A program made the position numbers and the translations under genes. From NCBI GenBank assembly GCA_963846575.1, contig CAWJWJ010000002.1, positions 1,408,001 to 1,472,000 on the forward strand: a stretch of DNA of 64,000 nt, read 5' to 3'. Each line of letters opens with the position of its first letter. The first letter of the stretch is position 1. The DNA is from an uncultured Nitrospiraceae bacterium. GTDB lineage: Bacteria; Nitrospirota; Nitrospiria; Nitrospirales; Nitrospiraceae. A model generated the notes under the pieces. The model was not told where the DNA came from, made no database searches, and saw nothing but the letters and a program-made list of their open reading frames with translations. Positions 32,011 through 41,788 of the stretch are shown here, one piece after another.

Positions 32011-32343
32011 TTATTTCTTTTTCGTGGATCGAGTACTCTTCATGACTCGCGTGACCACGCGCTCGACGTTTCCGATCGCCTTGCCTAGTACGGTCCCGAC
32101 GGCCCGGCCAACCTGTTTCGCCTTACGTTTCGTGGTTGCAGGAACGAGCGAGGCCTTTTTGGCCTTGCCGGTGACGGTTTTGACGACCTTTTTGACCTTG
32201 GTGCTCGAGGCCCCGGCCGCAGCCTTGGTTTTACGCTTGATGGTATGGGCTGCCGGGCCGACTTTCAGGTGGCCTGCCGTTGATTTTTTTTTCGACGGAG
32301 TCCTGGTGGCGCGAGTCGTTTTTTTGGTCGTCGTTTTTTTCAA
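32011..32343 (-). CDS. histone H1-like Lys/Thr/Ala-rich basic protein
   Basis: AAGGAG RBS and TTG start; KKTTTKK.. composition with a GRAVGTVLGKAIG helix. Confidence 0.75.
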   Translation of the reverse strand: MKKTTTKKTTRATRTPSKKKSTAGHLKVGPAAHTIKRKTKAAAGASSTKVKKVVKTVTGKAKKASLVPATTKRKAKQVGRAVGTVLGKAIGNVERVVTRVMKSTRSTKKK

Positions 32344-32552
32344 TGTGTCTCCTTTTTTAAGTGATGAGGATCAGTTACCGACAATGGGCTCAAGAATACC
32401 AAGTTTGAAAAGGCACACACAACAAAAGATTCTGTCGTCCCGAGATTCTACGATGACGGGGTTGCGTAGGACTGAACGCCCTTGTAGAGTTGACTGAGTA
32501 GAACTAGCAGGATCGACGGAAGATTTACCTTCTCTGTTCACGGTGGCCATTC

Positions 32553-34349
32553 ATGAGTTTCCCCTCCAGAATTGAAGACTATGCGCTGATCGGCGACACG
32601 CACACCGCGGGGCTCGTGTCGCGTGAGGGATCGCTGGACTGGTTGTGCCTCCCGCGTTTTGATTCCCCCGCATGTTTCGCGGGCCTCCTGGGAACGCCCG
32701 ATCATGGCCGCTGGCTCATTACGCCTCAGGGCGAGATCGCCAGCATCCGTCGTCGCTACAGGGGAGACACGTTGGTGCTGGAAACGGAGTATGTGACCGA
32801 AAGCGGGACGGCGACCGTCATCGACTTCATGCCGCCTCGCGATCGTGAGATCAATGTCGTGCGAATCGTGTTCGGTAACAGGGGAACCGTGCGGATGAAG
32901 ATGGAGTTGACCATCCGCTTCGACTATGGATCGATTGTGCCATGGGTCAGCCATCACAAGCGCCTGCTCAAGGCGGTAGCCGGGCCGGATGCCGTCTACC
33001 TCGACACCGAAGTGGAATTGCGAGGAATAGGATTCTCGACCGTCGCTGATTTTACGGTGACGGAGGGCCAGGAAATTCCCTTCACCCTGACCTGGCGGGC
33101 CTCTCACGATGATCCGCCGAAACCCGTGATCACCGAACGAGCCCTGTCTGAGACCCAGTACTGGTGGGAAAAATGGTCGAGCCGTTGCACCTATGAAGGG
33201 CCCTGGCGCGATGCGGTGGTCCGTTCACTGATCACTCTCAAGGCATTGACCTACGCTCCGACAGGAGGAATCGTGGCGGCTCCGACCACGTCTCTCCCCG
33301 AGCTGCTGGGCGGAACGCGCAATTGGGACTACCGGTATTGCTGGATTCGCGATGCCACCTTCACTCTCTTTTCCCTCCTTGTGGCCGGATACCGCAGTGA
33401 AGCCCAAGCCTGGCGGGAATGGTTGCTGCGGGCCGTGGCGGGGAAGCCCTCCGACTTACAGATCATGTACGGGATCGGTGGAGAGCGGCGCCTGACCGAG
33501 TTGGAATTGAAATGGCTGCCGGGGTACGAGGACTCAACGCCTGTGCGGATCGGCAATGCGGCGTCGGAGCAATTTCAACTCGACGTCTACGGCGAAATTA
33601 TGGATGCGTTGCACCAGGCCAGGGACTTGGGATTGGCGGCGAGTGAAGACTCGTGGCGCGTACAACATGCGCTGATGGATTTTCTCGAATCCGCATGGGA
33701 TCGCCCGGACGAGGGGATCTGGGAGGTGCGGGGGCCCCGGCGGCACTTTACCCATTCTAAAGTCATGGCCTGGGTGGCGGTGGACCGGGCCATCAAAGCC
33801 GTCGAACGTTTCCACGTGGATGGGCCTCTCGAACGATGGCGCGCGCTTCGCGCCACGATCCACGAGCAGGTGTGTCTTGAAGGGTATGACCGGCATCGGG
33901 AGACCTTCGTGCAATATTACGGTTCGACATCCTTGGATGGCAGCCTCCTGATGATTCCTCTGGTTGGGTTTCTTCCTCCCTCCGACCCGCGGGTCCGCGG
34001 TACGCTGCGGGCGATCGAACGCGACTTGACGGAGGACGGGTTGGTCATGCGGTATCGTCCGAGGCAAGACATGGACGGGCTCCCGGGTGGAGAGGGGATG
34101 TTTCTGCCCTGTTCGTTCTGGCTGGTTGATAATCTGGTCCTGGCAGACCGGCACGAGGAGGCTCGGGCCCTCTACGACCGGTTGATCGGATTACGCAATG
34201 ACGTGGGTCTGCTGTCGGAAGAGTACGACTTGAAGCATAAACGGCTGATCGGGAATTTTCCGCAGGCTTTTTCTCACGTGTCCCTGGTGGACTCGGCGTA
34301 TGGATTCACGCGTATAGAAAGCCCATCTGAACATCGGCAGCGCAGCTGA
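32553..34349 (+). CDS. GH15 glycoside hydrolase (trehalase/glucoamylase-like)
   Basis: IEDYALIGD, AAPTTSLPE, RNWDYRYCWIRD, GIWE, LLSEE, GNFPQAFSH. Confidence 0.94.
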   Translation: MSFPSRIEDYALIGDTHTAGLVSREGSLDWLCLPRFDSPACFAGLLGTPDHGRWLITPQGEIASIRRRYRGDTLVLETEYVTESGTATVIDFMPPRDREINVVRIVFGNRGTVRMKMELTIRFDYGSIVPWVSHHKRLLKAVAGPDAVYLDTEVELRGIGFSTVADFTVTEGQEIPFTLTWRASHDDPPKPVITERALSETQYWWEKWSSRCTYEGPWRDAVVRSLITLKALTYAPTGGIVAAPTTSLPELLGGTRNWDYRYCWIRDATFTLFSLLVAGYRSEAQAWREWLLRAVAGKPSDLQIMYGIGGERRLTELELKWLPGYEDSTPVRIGNAASEQFQLDVYGEIMDALHQARDLGLAASEDSWRVQHALMDFLESAWDRPDEGIWEVRGPRRHFTHSKVMAWVAVDRAIKAVERFHVDGPLERWRALRATIHEQVCLEGYDRHRETFVQYYGSTSLDGSLLMIPLVGFLPPSDPRVRGTLRAIERDLTEDGLVMRYRPRQDMDGLPGGEGMFLPCSFWLVDNLVLADRHEEARALYDRLIGLRNDVGLLSEEYDLKHKRLIGNFPQAFSHVSLVDSAYGFTRIESPSEHRQRS

Positions 34350-34383
34350 CGCGAAGTCAGCCACCTGCATCGGAGGAGAATGT

Positions 34384-35079
34384 ATGAGCGGCAGATTCTT
34401 CTTAGCGGTCACCGCGGCCCTCTCGCTCTCCTGTGCCGCCGTTGTCGATCCTTCCGGTGCCGAGGCAGCCGACCGCCCCTCGCCCGCGGAGACGGCGAAG
34501 GATGAACTGTTCGATCAAGCGCCCGCGGCACAAGGTACGATCGAGCGCTATCTGCTGGACCCCCGTGGTGAAGTGGAAGGACTGCTGCTTGCGAACGGTC
34601 CCTATATGTATGTCACCTCCCGTGCGGCAGAACAGCTGCTGCGAGCTCTCAAGCTTGGAGATCAGGTGCGGGTCTATGGCCGGCCTATTCCAGCGGAAGG
34701 ATTGGTACTACCCGATGTGATCAAAAATCTCACCCGTAGGACTACGTTCATTGTGCCGGTCCGTTTGGACCTGCCGCTGCCGGAACAGGAATCTCGGTTA
34801 TCGGTGACGGAACTGTATGCCTCGGGAACGATTCGCGTCTTGCTCTATCATCCCTTCAAGCACGTGGTGCAGGGCCTTATCCTGTCGGACCAGACGCAGG
34901 TCCGTCTGCCGCTCGATGCAAGTGAGGAACTACGACGCTCGTTTCATGTCGGTGATACGGTGACGGTGAGGGGAAACGGGACTCTGAACCAGTTCGGTCG
35001 AGCGATTGAGGCGCTTGCCATCGGCCGGGACCCCGGATCACTCTCCACGCTGGATGCGTCCCTGCACAGGCTGCCGTAG
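34384..35079 (+). CDS. exported protein with duplicated OB-like module
   Basis: Signal peptide; GTIERYLLDPRGEVEGLLL and GTIRVLLYHP..VQGLIL repeats. Confidence 0.75.
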   Translation: MSGRFFLAVTAALSLSCAAVVDPSGAEAADRPSPAETAKDELFDQAPAAQGTIERYLLDPRGEVEGLLLANGPYMYVTSRAAEQLLRALKLGDQVRVYGRPIPAEGLVLPDVIKNLTRRTTFIVPVRLDLPLPEQESRLSVTELYASGTIRVLLYHPFKHVVQGLILSDQTQVRLPLDASEELRRSFHVGDTVTVRGNGTLNQFGRAIEALAIGRDPGSLSTLDASLHRLP

Positions 35080-35092
35080 TCGCGGTGCCGCG

Positions 35093-35944
35093 TTACTGGC
35101 CCACCTTAACTCTCGGTGACATCTGTTCGATGGCCCAGATCGGCCCCTTCGGGTACAGACTCCCTTCAAACCGCACAAAAGCCGGCACGTCCTTCTTGAT
35201 CAACCAGAAATGGTAATCCGGCGGGGTTTTTCCAAACAGTGAGGCGAGCCCCCCGACGAACCACCCCAGTTGAGGGTGCAAGATGTAGTGTTCGGCGGTG
35301 GCCTTGGTGTCCTTGCGGGTGGTGTTTCGCGTTTCGTTGCTGTCGACCAATTTCAGTTCGACGGTGTAGATGGTGGGCTCAGGGTCGAAGGCGACCATGT
35401 GGACAGACGCTCCGGTCTTGCCGCGAAGGTTCTTGAGCGCGGTGATCGTCATCCCGTTGTACACATCAGCGGGAAGGTCCAAGCGTCCGGATGTCACCTG
35501 TTCTTCCTTCGGCTTTTCGTGCTGTCTCACCTGATATTCCCCCGTCTTTCCGTTCAGGGAAATGGTCAGCGGTTCGGGGAAGGCTGGCCCGCGTTGCTCC
35601 AACTGATAACTCAGCAGAGCGAGCTGTTTGTTTTGTGAGTAGGTCACCGTTTCGTCGTAGACCGAGCCGTCGGTGAACTGGAAGGTCAGGCGGCTCACGA
35701 CTCGATCGGCTCCCGTCGTCACCTGACTGAGTTCTCCGTCCGCTAGTTTCTTGTCATCCATTGTCTTGAGCGTGACGAATCCCTGGCTGACTCCTTCGTG
35801 ATACAACACGTCGATGGGGGCTGCATGTAGACTCAGGGGCAGGAGGAACAGCCCGGCCATGACTATGGCGGGCAACACCGCCCCGAGCCGGAAGGGAGCG
35901 AGGCGCATCGCAAGCTGACACGATTGAATAAAATGACTCACCAC
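35093..35944 (-). CDS. exported beta-rich hypothetical protein
   Basis: Signal peptide (LHA-A); start may be 35908. Confidence 0.75.
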   Translation of the reverse strand: MVSHFIQSCQLAMRLAPFRLGAVLPAIVMAGLFLLPLSLHAAPIDVLYHEGVSQGFVTLKTMDDKKLADGELSQVTTGADRVVSRLTFQFTDGSVYDETVTYSQNKQLALLSYQLEQRGPAFPEPLTISLNGKTGEYQVRQHEKPKEEQVTSGRLDLPADVYNGMTITALKNLRGKTGASVHMVAFDPEPTIYTVELKLVDSNETRNTTRKDTKATAEHYILHPQLGWFVGGLASLFGKTPPDYHFWLIKKDVPAFVRFEGSLYPKGPIWAIEQMSPRVKVGQ

Positions 35945-36126
35945 ATCAACATCCTACTCATCATCCGCCGGTCCCGGTACTGGAGATCCGCCTAGTCGTG
36001 AGCTGCTGCCGGCATTTATTCCAGCCGACCATTGGCAGAGGCCCATTGCGGCACGGTCGCCTGGACTAGCGCCGGAAGACGTTCGCTTCATCAGATCTAA
36101 AATACTCGACCATTTCCATGACAGGT

Positions 36127-36172
36127 CTAGGGGTTTCGCTAGGGGGCAGGGGGCAGGCGACTGTCTTATAAG
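36127..36172 (+). promoter_or_regulatory. perfect CTAG box plus -10
   Basis: CTAGGGGTTTCGCTAG 36127-36142; TATAAG 36167-36172, gap 24. Confidence 0.75.
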
Positions 36173-36227
36173 AAAACACCGGCGCGCTGTACTCACACAA
36201 TTTTTTCGAAGGGGCCCATACCGTTCC

Positions 36228-37553
36228 ATGGTCGGAATACGTTCTCAAACAGTTCGGATGTTCCTGATAATCGTAGGCGTGTGGATCACAGGGTATGGCA
36301 TAGGCGACTCGGGATATGCGGCGGAAAAGGCGGAGGAGCCGACGCCCATCGCGGGTGAGCCCTTTCGCACGAGGCTGTTCGGCGAGGATATTTATGTGCC
36401 GTCTCGCGACCGGAGAAGTGTCACTGCGGCGAGTTTCGGCATTCAGGCCATCCCGAACGGACCGAGTCAGATGGAGGTCTTACCGTTCGGCGCCCTGTAT
36501 GTCTGGCGAAACTGGGATAACGATAACCGTCGTCTCCGCGGCACATTCTCCGGAGTCGTCAACGACGTGGACTACACGATCGGCCTGCGGGAATACCCCA
36601 ACTGGTCGTTGCTCTTTACCTGGGATAACTTCATCCTTCCGATGGGCCGTTCAGAATATGTGCAGGGGCAGCGTCAACGGGGAACGGAACTGGAGTGGAG
36701 TTATGCCTTTGCCGGCGCCGGCATCGGTTACCGGTTGCCGGTGCATCCCTTCAGCCAGGACAGTGCCGTCAACATTTCACTCACCTATGAAGCGGGCTAT
36801 CGCTGGTTCAAGGGGACCGGCCATACGTCTGCCCAATATGGTGTTCCGAAAGACACTTACGAAGGGCGCATTCATTTTCGGGTCCGCGCGGACTCCTTGA
36901 AACGAAATCTCATGGAACTGCCTCATGAAGGCTTTACCATGGGCGGCGATGTGCTTCATGGCCATCGGGCGAAGTGGGACCAATGGGGCGGGGCGCCCTT
37001 CGATACGCCGGACTTCAAAAAAGAACAGACGTACATCCAGGCCAGCGCCTACGCGTTGATGGCCACGGGCCTTCCCTTCATCGAGAGCGACAAACATCGT
37101 CTCATGACCAGTGTCCATGCAGGAATCGGGAAGGATCTGGACCGGTTTTCGACTTTTCGGCTACCGGGGCGGCCGACCGGGTATGAGTGGGAGGCCATCT
37201 CGCTCCCCATGATCCATGGAGTGGCCTTTAACGAACTCTTTCCGACGCGCTATGCGGTCGCTAATCTGCAATACCGGTATGAAGCGCTTTTTTTCCTCTA
37301 TCCCTATCTGGAGGCGACATGGGGGCTGGTCGAGCGTCCTGTGTTTACCAACAGCAACGCGACTGCGGTCAAAAGTATCACCGACTCCTTGCCGGCATTG
37401 GGTGGCGGGCTGGTCACGGGGGCGCCATGGAGATCTCAGCTGGAACTGAATTACACCTATAATTTCGGCATTTATCGCGATCCCGGCGGCGCGCCTCCGA
37501 CCAAGGGCGGTCACGGATTGATTCTTTTCTGGTCCAAGGAACTCGGAAAATAG
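36228..37553 (+). CDS. probable outer-membrane beta-barrel protein
   Basis: Signal peptide; alternating aromatic beta strands. Confidence 0.7.
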   Translation: MVGIRSQTVRMFLIIVGVWITGYGIGDSGYAAEKAEEPTPIAGEPFRTRLFGEDIYVPSRDRRSVTAASFGIQAIPNGPSQMEVLPFGALYVWRNWDNDNRRLRGTFSGVVNDVDYTIGLREYPNWSLLFTWDNFILPMGRSEYVQGQRQRGTELEWSYAFAGAGIGYRLPVHPFSQDSAVNISLTYEAGYRWFKGTGHTSAQYGVPKDTYEGRIHFRVRADSLKRNLMELPHEGFTMGGDVLHGHRAKWDQWGGAPFDTPDFKKEQTYIQASAYALMATGLPFIESDKHRLMTSVHAGIGKDLDRFSTFRLPGRPTGYEWEAISLPMIHGVAFNELFPTRYAVANLQYRYEALFFLYPYLEATWGLVERPVFTNSNATAVKSITDSLPALGGGLVTGAPWRSQLELNYTYNFGIYRDPGGAPPTKGGHGLILFWSKELGK

Positions 37554-37774
37554 GCCCTCAAAGAAATGCAAGCATGCGGCTTGATGCGGAAAGGGGCTCG
37601 CACAGGAGAATAAGAGCCCCTCGCTATCGAGGACCCTGGAGTGGTAGGATCTTGCCATCGCAGCAAGTCGGTGAGGTAGGATAGAATGCACCCTCGCGTG
37701 AAGACAACCGACTGAGTGATGGAAGGCATGGCGCAGAACTTGACCACCCTCATTACAAGCCTGGGAGCGAAAGC

Positions 37775-38461
37775 ATGAAGCCGAGAGTCCTCATTGCTGA
37801 TGACCATACCCTTGTCGCTGAAGGCGTTGAAAAACTCCTGGAACACGAGTTTCAGTTATGCGGGAGGGTGGCCGACGGACGGGCGCTGGTGCGGGCAGTC
37901 GAAAAGGAAAAACCGGATATCGCGCTCGTGGACATTGCCCTGCCACTGCTGAACGGGCTGGATGCGTGTCGTCAAATCAAAAAGACGATGCCCGAAGTGA
38001 AGCTCCTCATCTTGACGATGCATAGCGAACAATATTTCGTGACGGAGGCGTTTCGGGCGGGGGTGTCTGGATACGTCCTGAAACAGTCCGTCGCGGAGGA
38101 ATTGGTCTTTGCCATCAAGGAAGTGCTGAAGGGGCGACTCTATGTGTCGCCCAGCGTGGCGGAGAACCTGGTCGAACAGGCGTTGAATCCCGGGGAAGCC
38201 AGCTCCGCGGGAGCCCTGCCGGGAGGATCGGATAAGCTCAGCGCGCGGCAGCGTGAAGTTCTGCAGTTGATCGCTGAGGGCCAGTCAACCAAAGAGATTG
38301 CCTCCACGTTGAACGTCTCGATCAAGACGATCGAGTTTCACAAAACCCGTATTATGAAACAACTGGGCGTGCACAGCACGGCTGAACTCACGAAACACGC
38401 GATTTCCATTGGTCTCATTGCCATGCCTCAGCAGCCCACCATGCCGGGTCCCCGGCAATAG
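37775..38461 (+). CDS. NarL/NreC-family response regulator (REC + LuxR HTH)
   Basis: ADDH, DIALP, LSARQREVLQLIAEG.STKEIA..TIEFHK. Confidence 0.95.
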   Translation: MKPRVLIADDHTLVAEGVEKLLEHEFQLCGRVADGRALVRAVEKEKPDIALVDIALPLLNGLDACRQIKKTMPEVKLLILTMHSEQYFVTEAFRAGVSGYVLKQSVAEELVFAIKEVLKGRLYVSPSVAENLVEQALNPGEASSAGALPGGSDKLSARQREVLQLIAEGQSTKEIASTLNVSIKTIEFHKTRIMKQLGVHSTAELTKHAISIGLIAMPQQPTMPGPRQ

Positions 38462-38609
38462 CGCCAGCTCCGTCGCCGTACTTCGGTGCGGTCCCCCAAT
38501 CTCCAAGACCGGTTGTTACACGAGAATGCTCCCCTGACCCGGCATCAGCCAGTCAGTGAATGAGCTATGAGGCGTGGGTTTTGATTCCGGAGCGGAGCCT
38601 GGATCGCCC

Positions 38610-39266
38610 TTAGGGGTGATGCTCGTCCAGTTTGGTCAATCCTTGCGACAATGCGAAGCGCGTCAATTCGGCGGTGGTGCGAATCCCGAGCCGCCGGGTA
38701 ATGTTCCCCTTATGAAACTCCACCGCCTTTGTGGACACTTGCATGCTGTCCGCGATTTCTTTCGTCGACAGCCCCTTCGTCAATAGCTGTAACACTTCCT
38801 GTTGCCGGGGTGTGAGTTTCGAGGAAAATCCTTCCGGTTTCACCCAGGGCGTTTCGATGGCATCCTGAACCTCCAGGGAGAGCTGCGGCGAAATGTACCG
38901 TTGATTTTTCATGGCCGCAGCCAGTGCGCTGAGCAGTTCAGTCGAGGCTGATTGTTTCAGGACGTAGGCGGAGGCCCCTGCCGCAAAGGCTTGCGTAATG
39001 TAGAAGGGCTCGCTCATCATGGTGACAAAAATCAGCTTGGCATGGGGAACTGCCGCCTTTAACTGCCGCGCGACGTCGAGGCCGTTGAGGGTGGGCATGG
39101 AAATATCCAAGAGGATGACGTCAGGGGCAAGTTTTGGAGCAACGGCCAGCAACTCCTGCCCATTCGAGGCGGTGCCCACGACCGTATATTCCGGTTCGAG
39201 CAATTGTCGATACGCTTCCAACACAATACTGTGATCGTCGGCAATAACAAGTCGTGCTTTGGACAC
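38610..39266 (-). CDS. NarL/NreC-family response regulator (REC + LuxR HTH)
   Basis: ADDH, DISMP, LTPRQQEVL..STKEIA..AVEFHK. Confidence 0.95.
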   Translation of the reverse strand: MSKARLVIADDHSIVLEAYRQLLEPEYTVVGTASNGQELLAVAPKLAPDVILLDISMPTLNGLDVARQLKAAVPHAKLIFVTMMSEPFYITQAFAAGASAYVLKQSASTELLSALAAAMKNQRYISPQLSLEVQDAIETPWVKPEGFSSKLTPRQQEVLQLLTKGLSTKEIADSMQVSTKAVEFHKGNITRRLGIRTTAELTRFALSQGLTKLDEHHP

Positions 39267-39436
39267 GGGACTCCTTTGCTTACGGTCTATCTACTGGAAT
39301 CTTTTTGAAAGTGAACCTGCACATTCTTCAGCCTTAGGGTAGCAGGGTACAGGGTGGTTTCATAGACTGAAGAATCATCTCCCCCCAAGTACATTAATTT
39401 AGTTCTTATTTACCATAGTTTCCAACTGACTACGGC

Positions 39437-39507
39437 CTAGGAAAGCCCCCAGACATGTCGTGCCAGGGCTTCGCCTAGTGGGGATGGTCAAGGGCCCATG
39501 GTAGCGT
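39437..39507. promoter_or_regulatory. two near-perfect CTAG boxes between the regulator and sod
   Basis: CTAGGAAAGCCCCCAG 39437-39452; CCAGGGCTTCGCCTAG 39463-39478 then gap 23 and TG-G-TAGCGT extended -10. Confidence 0.7.
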
Positions 39508-39629
39508 TCGCCGTAGATCCAACGCGCACATGTCCCTTGATTTTGGATGAGTCGGTACCACAATTCTATTTGCGAATTCTATTTGCGCTGACCGCTGACG
39601 AAAGTTCTAACCCGGGAGGGAGACCGGAC

Positions 39630-40280
39630 ATGAAACAATCGGAACAATATCGGGTCAAGTCGTATGATCTCTATGGGCTGTCAGGCATTTCCGATCACAC
39701 CCTGCAGGTGCATTTTGGCCTCTATGAGGGCTACGTCAAAGCTTCGAATGGCCTGCGGGCGCAGCTCAATGAATATATGAAGGACGGCAAGGTCGATCAG
39801 GAAGAAATGCCGGCCTATTCCGAACTCACGCGGCGCCTGGGATTCGAGTACAACGGGATGGTCCTCCACGAATATTATTTCGGTAATCTGAGCCGAGGCG
39901 GGTCTGACCGGCCGGCAGGGGGATTCAGCCAGGCCATCGAGCAGAGTTTCGGCAGTTTCGACCGGTGGAAGGCGGATTTTTGCAGTGTCGGCTTAATGAG
40001 GGGAGTGGGGTGGGCCATTTGCAACATCGATCCTTCAAGCGGACGAGTGTCCAATCATTGGATCACGCTTCACGAACATGGCAACGTCGCCGGTTTCGTA
40101 CCCATCCTCGTCATGGATGTGTGGGAACATGCCTACCTTCTCGACTACAAACCGTCCGAGCGGAAACAGTATATCGAAGCATTTTTTTCCAACATCCACT
40201 GGAATATCGTCGAGGAACGGCTTCAGGCGGCGTTAGCTTCCGGGGTAGTAGCGCCCCGGGGAGGCATGGTGACGTCATGA
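39630..40280 (+). CDS. sod: Fe/Mn superoxide dismutase family protein
   Basis: H..LYEGYV, LHEYYF, GVGW, DVWEHAY. Confidence 0.92.
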   Translation: MKQSEQYRVKSYDLYGLSGISDHTLQVHFGLYEGYVKASNGLRAQLNEYMKDGKVDQEEMPAYSELTRRLGFEYNGMVLHEYYFGNLSRGGSDRPAGGFSQAIEQSFGSFDRWKADFCSVGLMRGVGWAICNIDPSSGRVSNHWITLHEHGNVAGFVPILVMDVWEHAYLLDYKPSERKQYIEAFFSNIHWNIVEERLQAALASGVVAPRGGMVTS

Positions 40281-40438
40281 TATCGGACAGCCTGCAGGCT
40301 CCCGGCCCCGAGCCTAACCCGAATCCCGATCCTTCTCCCCTGCCCGAGCCGGGCCCGTTTCCGCCACAGCCATTTCCTCCGCCGGTTCCGCCCCAACCGG
40401 TTCGGCCGCCGATTCCTCAGTTGCGGGGAGCACGGTAG
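40277..40438 (+). CDS. proline-rich microprotein (53 aa)
   Basis: ATGA overlap with the sod stop; GGAGG upstream; PEPNPNPDPSPLPEP... Confidence 0.55.
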   Translation: MISDSLQAPGPEPNPNPDPSPLPEPGPFPPQPFPPPVPPQPVRPPIPQLRGAR

Positions 40439-40459
40439 AACGACGGTGACGGCTCAGGC

Positions 40460-40475
40460 CTAGAGGTTTCGCCAG
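40460..40475 (+). promoter_or_regulatory. near-perfect CTAG box
   Basis: CTAGAGGTTTCGCCAG; TG-A-CAGCAT after a 23-nt gap. Confidence 0.55.
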
Positions 40476-40597
40476 TACCGCATGCTCTGGATTTGTGACA
40501 GCATCGCGGGACGTGAGGTATGAGGTATTGAAGTATGTGGTGCGAATGCCTGACAGGCTGGCGCGAGAAATTATTACCAACGACGGAGCCTATCCAG

Positions 40598-40894
40598 ATG
40601 GAATCTTCAGAAAAAGCCGACATTATTCGACGCTGGATTGATCCCGATGAACGAGTGACCGTCGACTTTGAAAACGAGCGCGATCTAAACGCGCAGGTGA
40701 TTGAATGCGACAATCAGACGGTCACGGTTCTCTTGGAGACGGCGTTCCCGCATTATAAACAGCACCTGACTCTGCCTCTGAGCATGCTTTCCGTGGGGGA
40801 GGACAAGACGCACTATACGAGGGATCCGGACAAGCCGGTCCGTTATGGACGGCTTCGTTTGACGGTGCATGAGGACCGCCCCCAGACGGTCTAA
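40598..40894 (+). CDS. hypothetical protein, possible Sm/SH3-like barrel
   Basis: GGAG RBS; VTVDFENERDLNAQVIECDNQTVTVLL beta pattern. Confidence 0.7.
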   Translation: MESSEKADIIRRWIDPDERVTVDFENERDLNAQVIECDNQTVTVLLETAFPHYKQHLTLPLSMLSVGEDKTHYTRDPDKPVRYGRLRLTVHEDRPQTV

Positions 40895-40992
40895 GCGGGA
40901 AGGGGTTGGCAGGTCTCTCTGATGCGTTCCAGGCAGCTCCGGATCACGGAAGGAAAACATGTGCTGCACACCTCTGAGTCTAGGAGTGGACG

Positions 40993-41382
40993 GTGACCGT
41001 ACAGCAGGGCTGGCTCACAAATGAGAATAGGACCGTCAGGAACGTGATGAGTCAGTCGCTCACAGTTGCGTCGCCCCAGACCAGCCTGCAGGAGGCGACC
41101 GATCTGATGAGGAATTTAGAGGTCCCTGTCATCGTGGTGTATGACGGCACACATCTCGCCGGTTTGCTCAGCGAACGCGACGCCATGTCGCATCTCAGTC
41201 AGGAACGCCCTCAGGACGTCGCGCTCAGCAGCGTCATGAGAACGAACGTTCCCTGTTGCCTGGACGACGATCGCCTGTCCGATGCTATCACGCTCATGCG
41301 CGCTGCCGATGCCGATTGGCTGCCCGTTCTGGATCACCGTGACCATCTGGTGGGAATCCTCTCCCGGCACATGTCGACTTAA
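40993..41382 (+). CDS. CBS-pair protein
   Basis: VRNVM..SLQEA..L.GLLSERD; LSDA..LPV.D..LVGILS. Confidence 0.88.
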   Translation: MTVQQGWLTNENRTVRNVMSQSLTVASPQTSLQEATDLMRNLEVPVIVVYDGTHLAGLLSERDAMSHLSQERPQDVALSSVMRTNVPCCLDDDRLSDAITLMRAADADWLPVLDHRDHLVGILSRHMST

Positions 41383-41453
41383 ATTACTGCGGTGCCGTCC
41401 TCTCGTCTCACGCTCAGCGTACAGACTCGAACTAGGCCTCAGCCGGTCAGAGA

Positions 41454-41498
41454 CTGGGGCTCTGCCTAGTTAGTCTTACGGACTTCCTCAACTAGGCT
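41454..41498 (+). promoter_or_regulatory. near-perfect CTAG box plus -10 upstream of the ferritin-like operon
   Basis: CTGGGGCTCTGCCTAG 41454-41469, gap 23, TAGGCT 41493-41498. Confidence 0.65.
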
Positions 41499-41541
41499 GA
41501 GGAGTCGAATCATTTGTCTGAAGAACCAGGGAGTCTTCCTC

Positions 41542-41730
41542 ATGGCAGATCAGCTGATTGTGAGACGAATCGGTTTGATTCTATCAATTGCGACCTGTGC
41601 CCTGGCTGTAGGCGCCCAAGCGAAGGGTCTTCTTACTCGAACCCCGGATGAATCCTTGTATCCGGAGATCGTGGCGGCATTGGGTGCAGAGTCGGCCTGG
41701 CCACATCTGCGTGGCGATCTTGGCAAGTGA
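41542..41730 (+). CDS. small exported hypothetical protein (possibly a truncated BON remnant)
   Basis: GGGAG RBS; signal peptide AQA-K. Confidence 0.4.
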   Translation: MADQLIVRRIGLILSIATCALAVGAQAKGLLTRTPDESLYPEIVAALGAESAWPHLRGDLGK

Positions 41731-41788
41731 GCGAGACCCGCTATGACTGTTAGTAACCACCCTTTGGATGTGAACGAGAGGAGCGGAC

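Noticed and set aside
32466..32507. Half-boxes upstream of GH15
   Set aside because: No convincing 16-bp palindrome or correctly spaced -10
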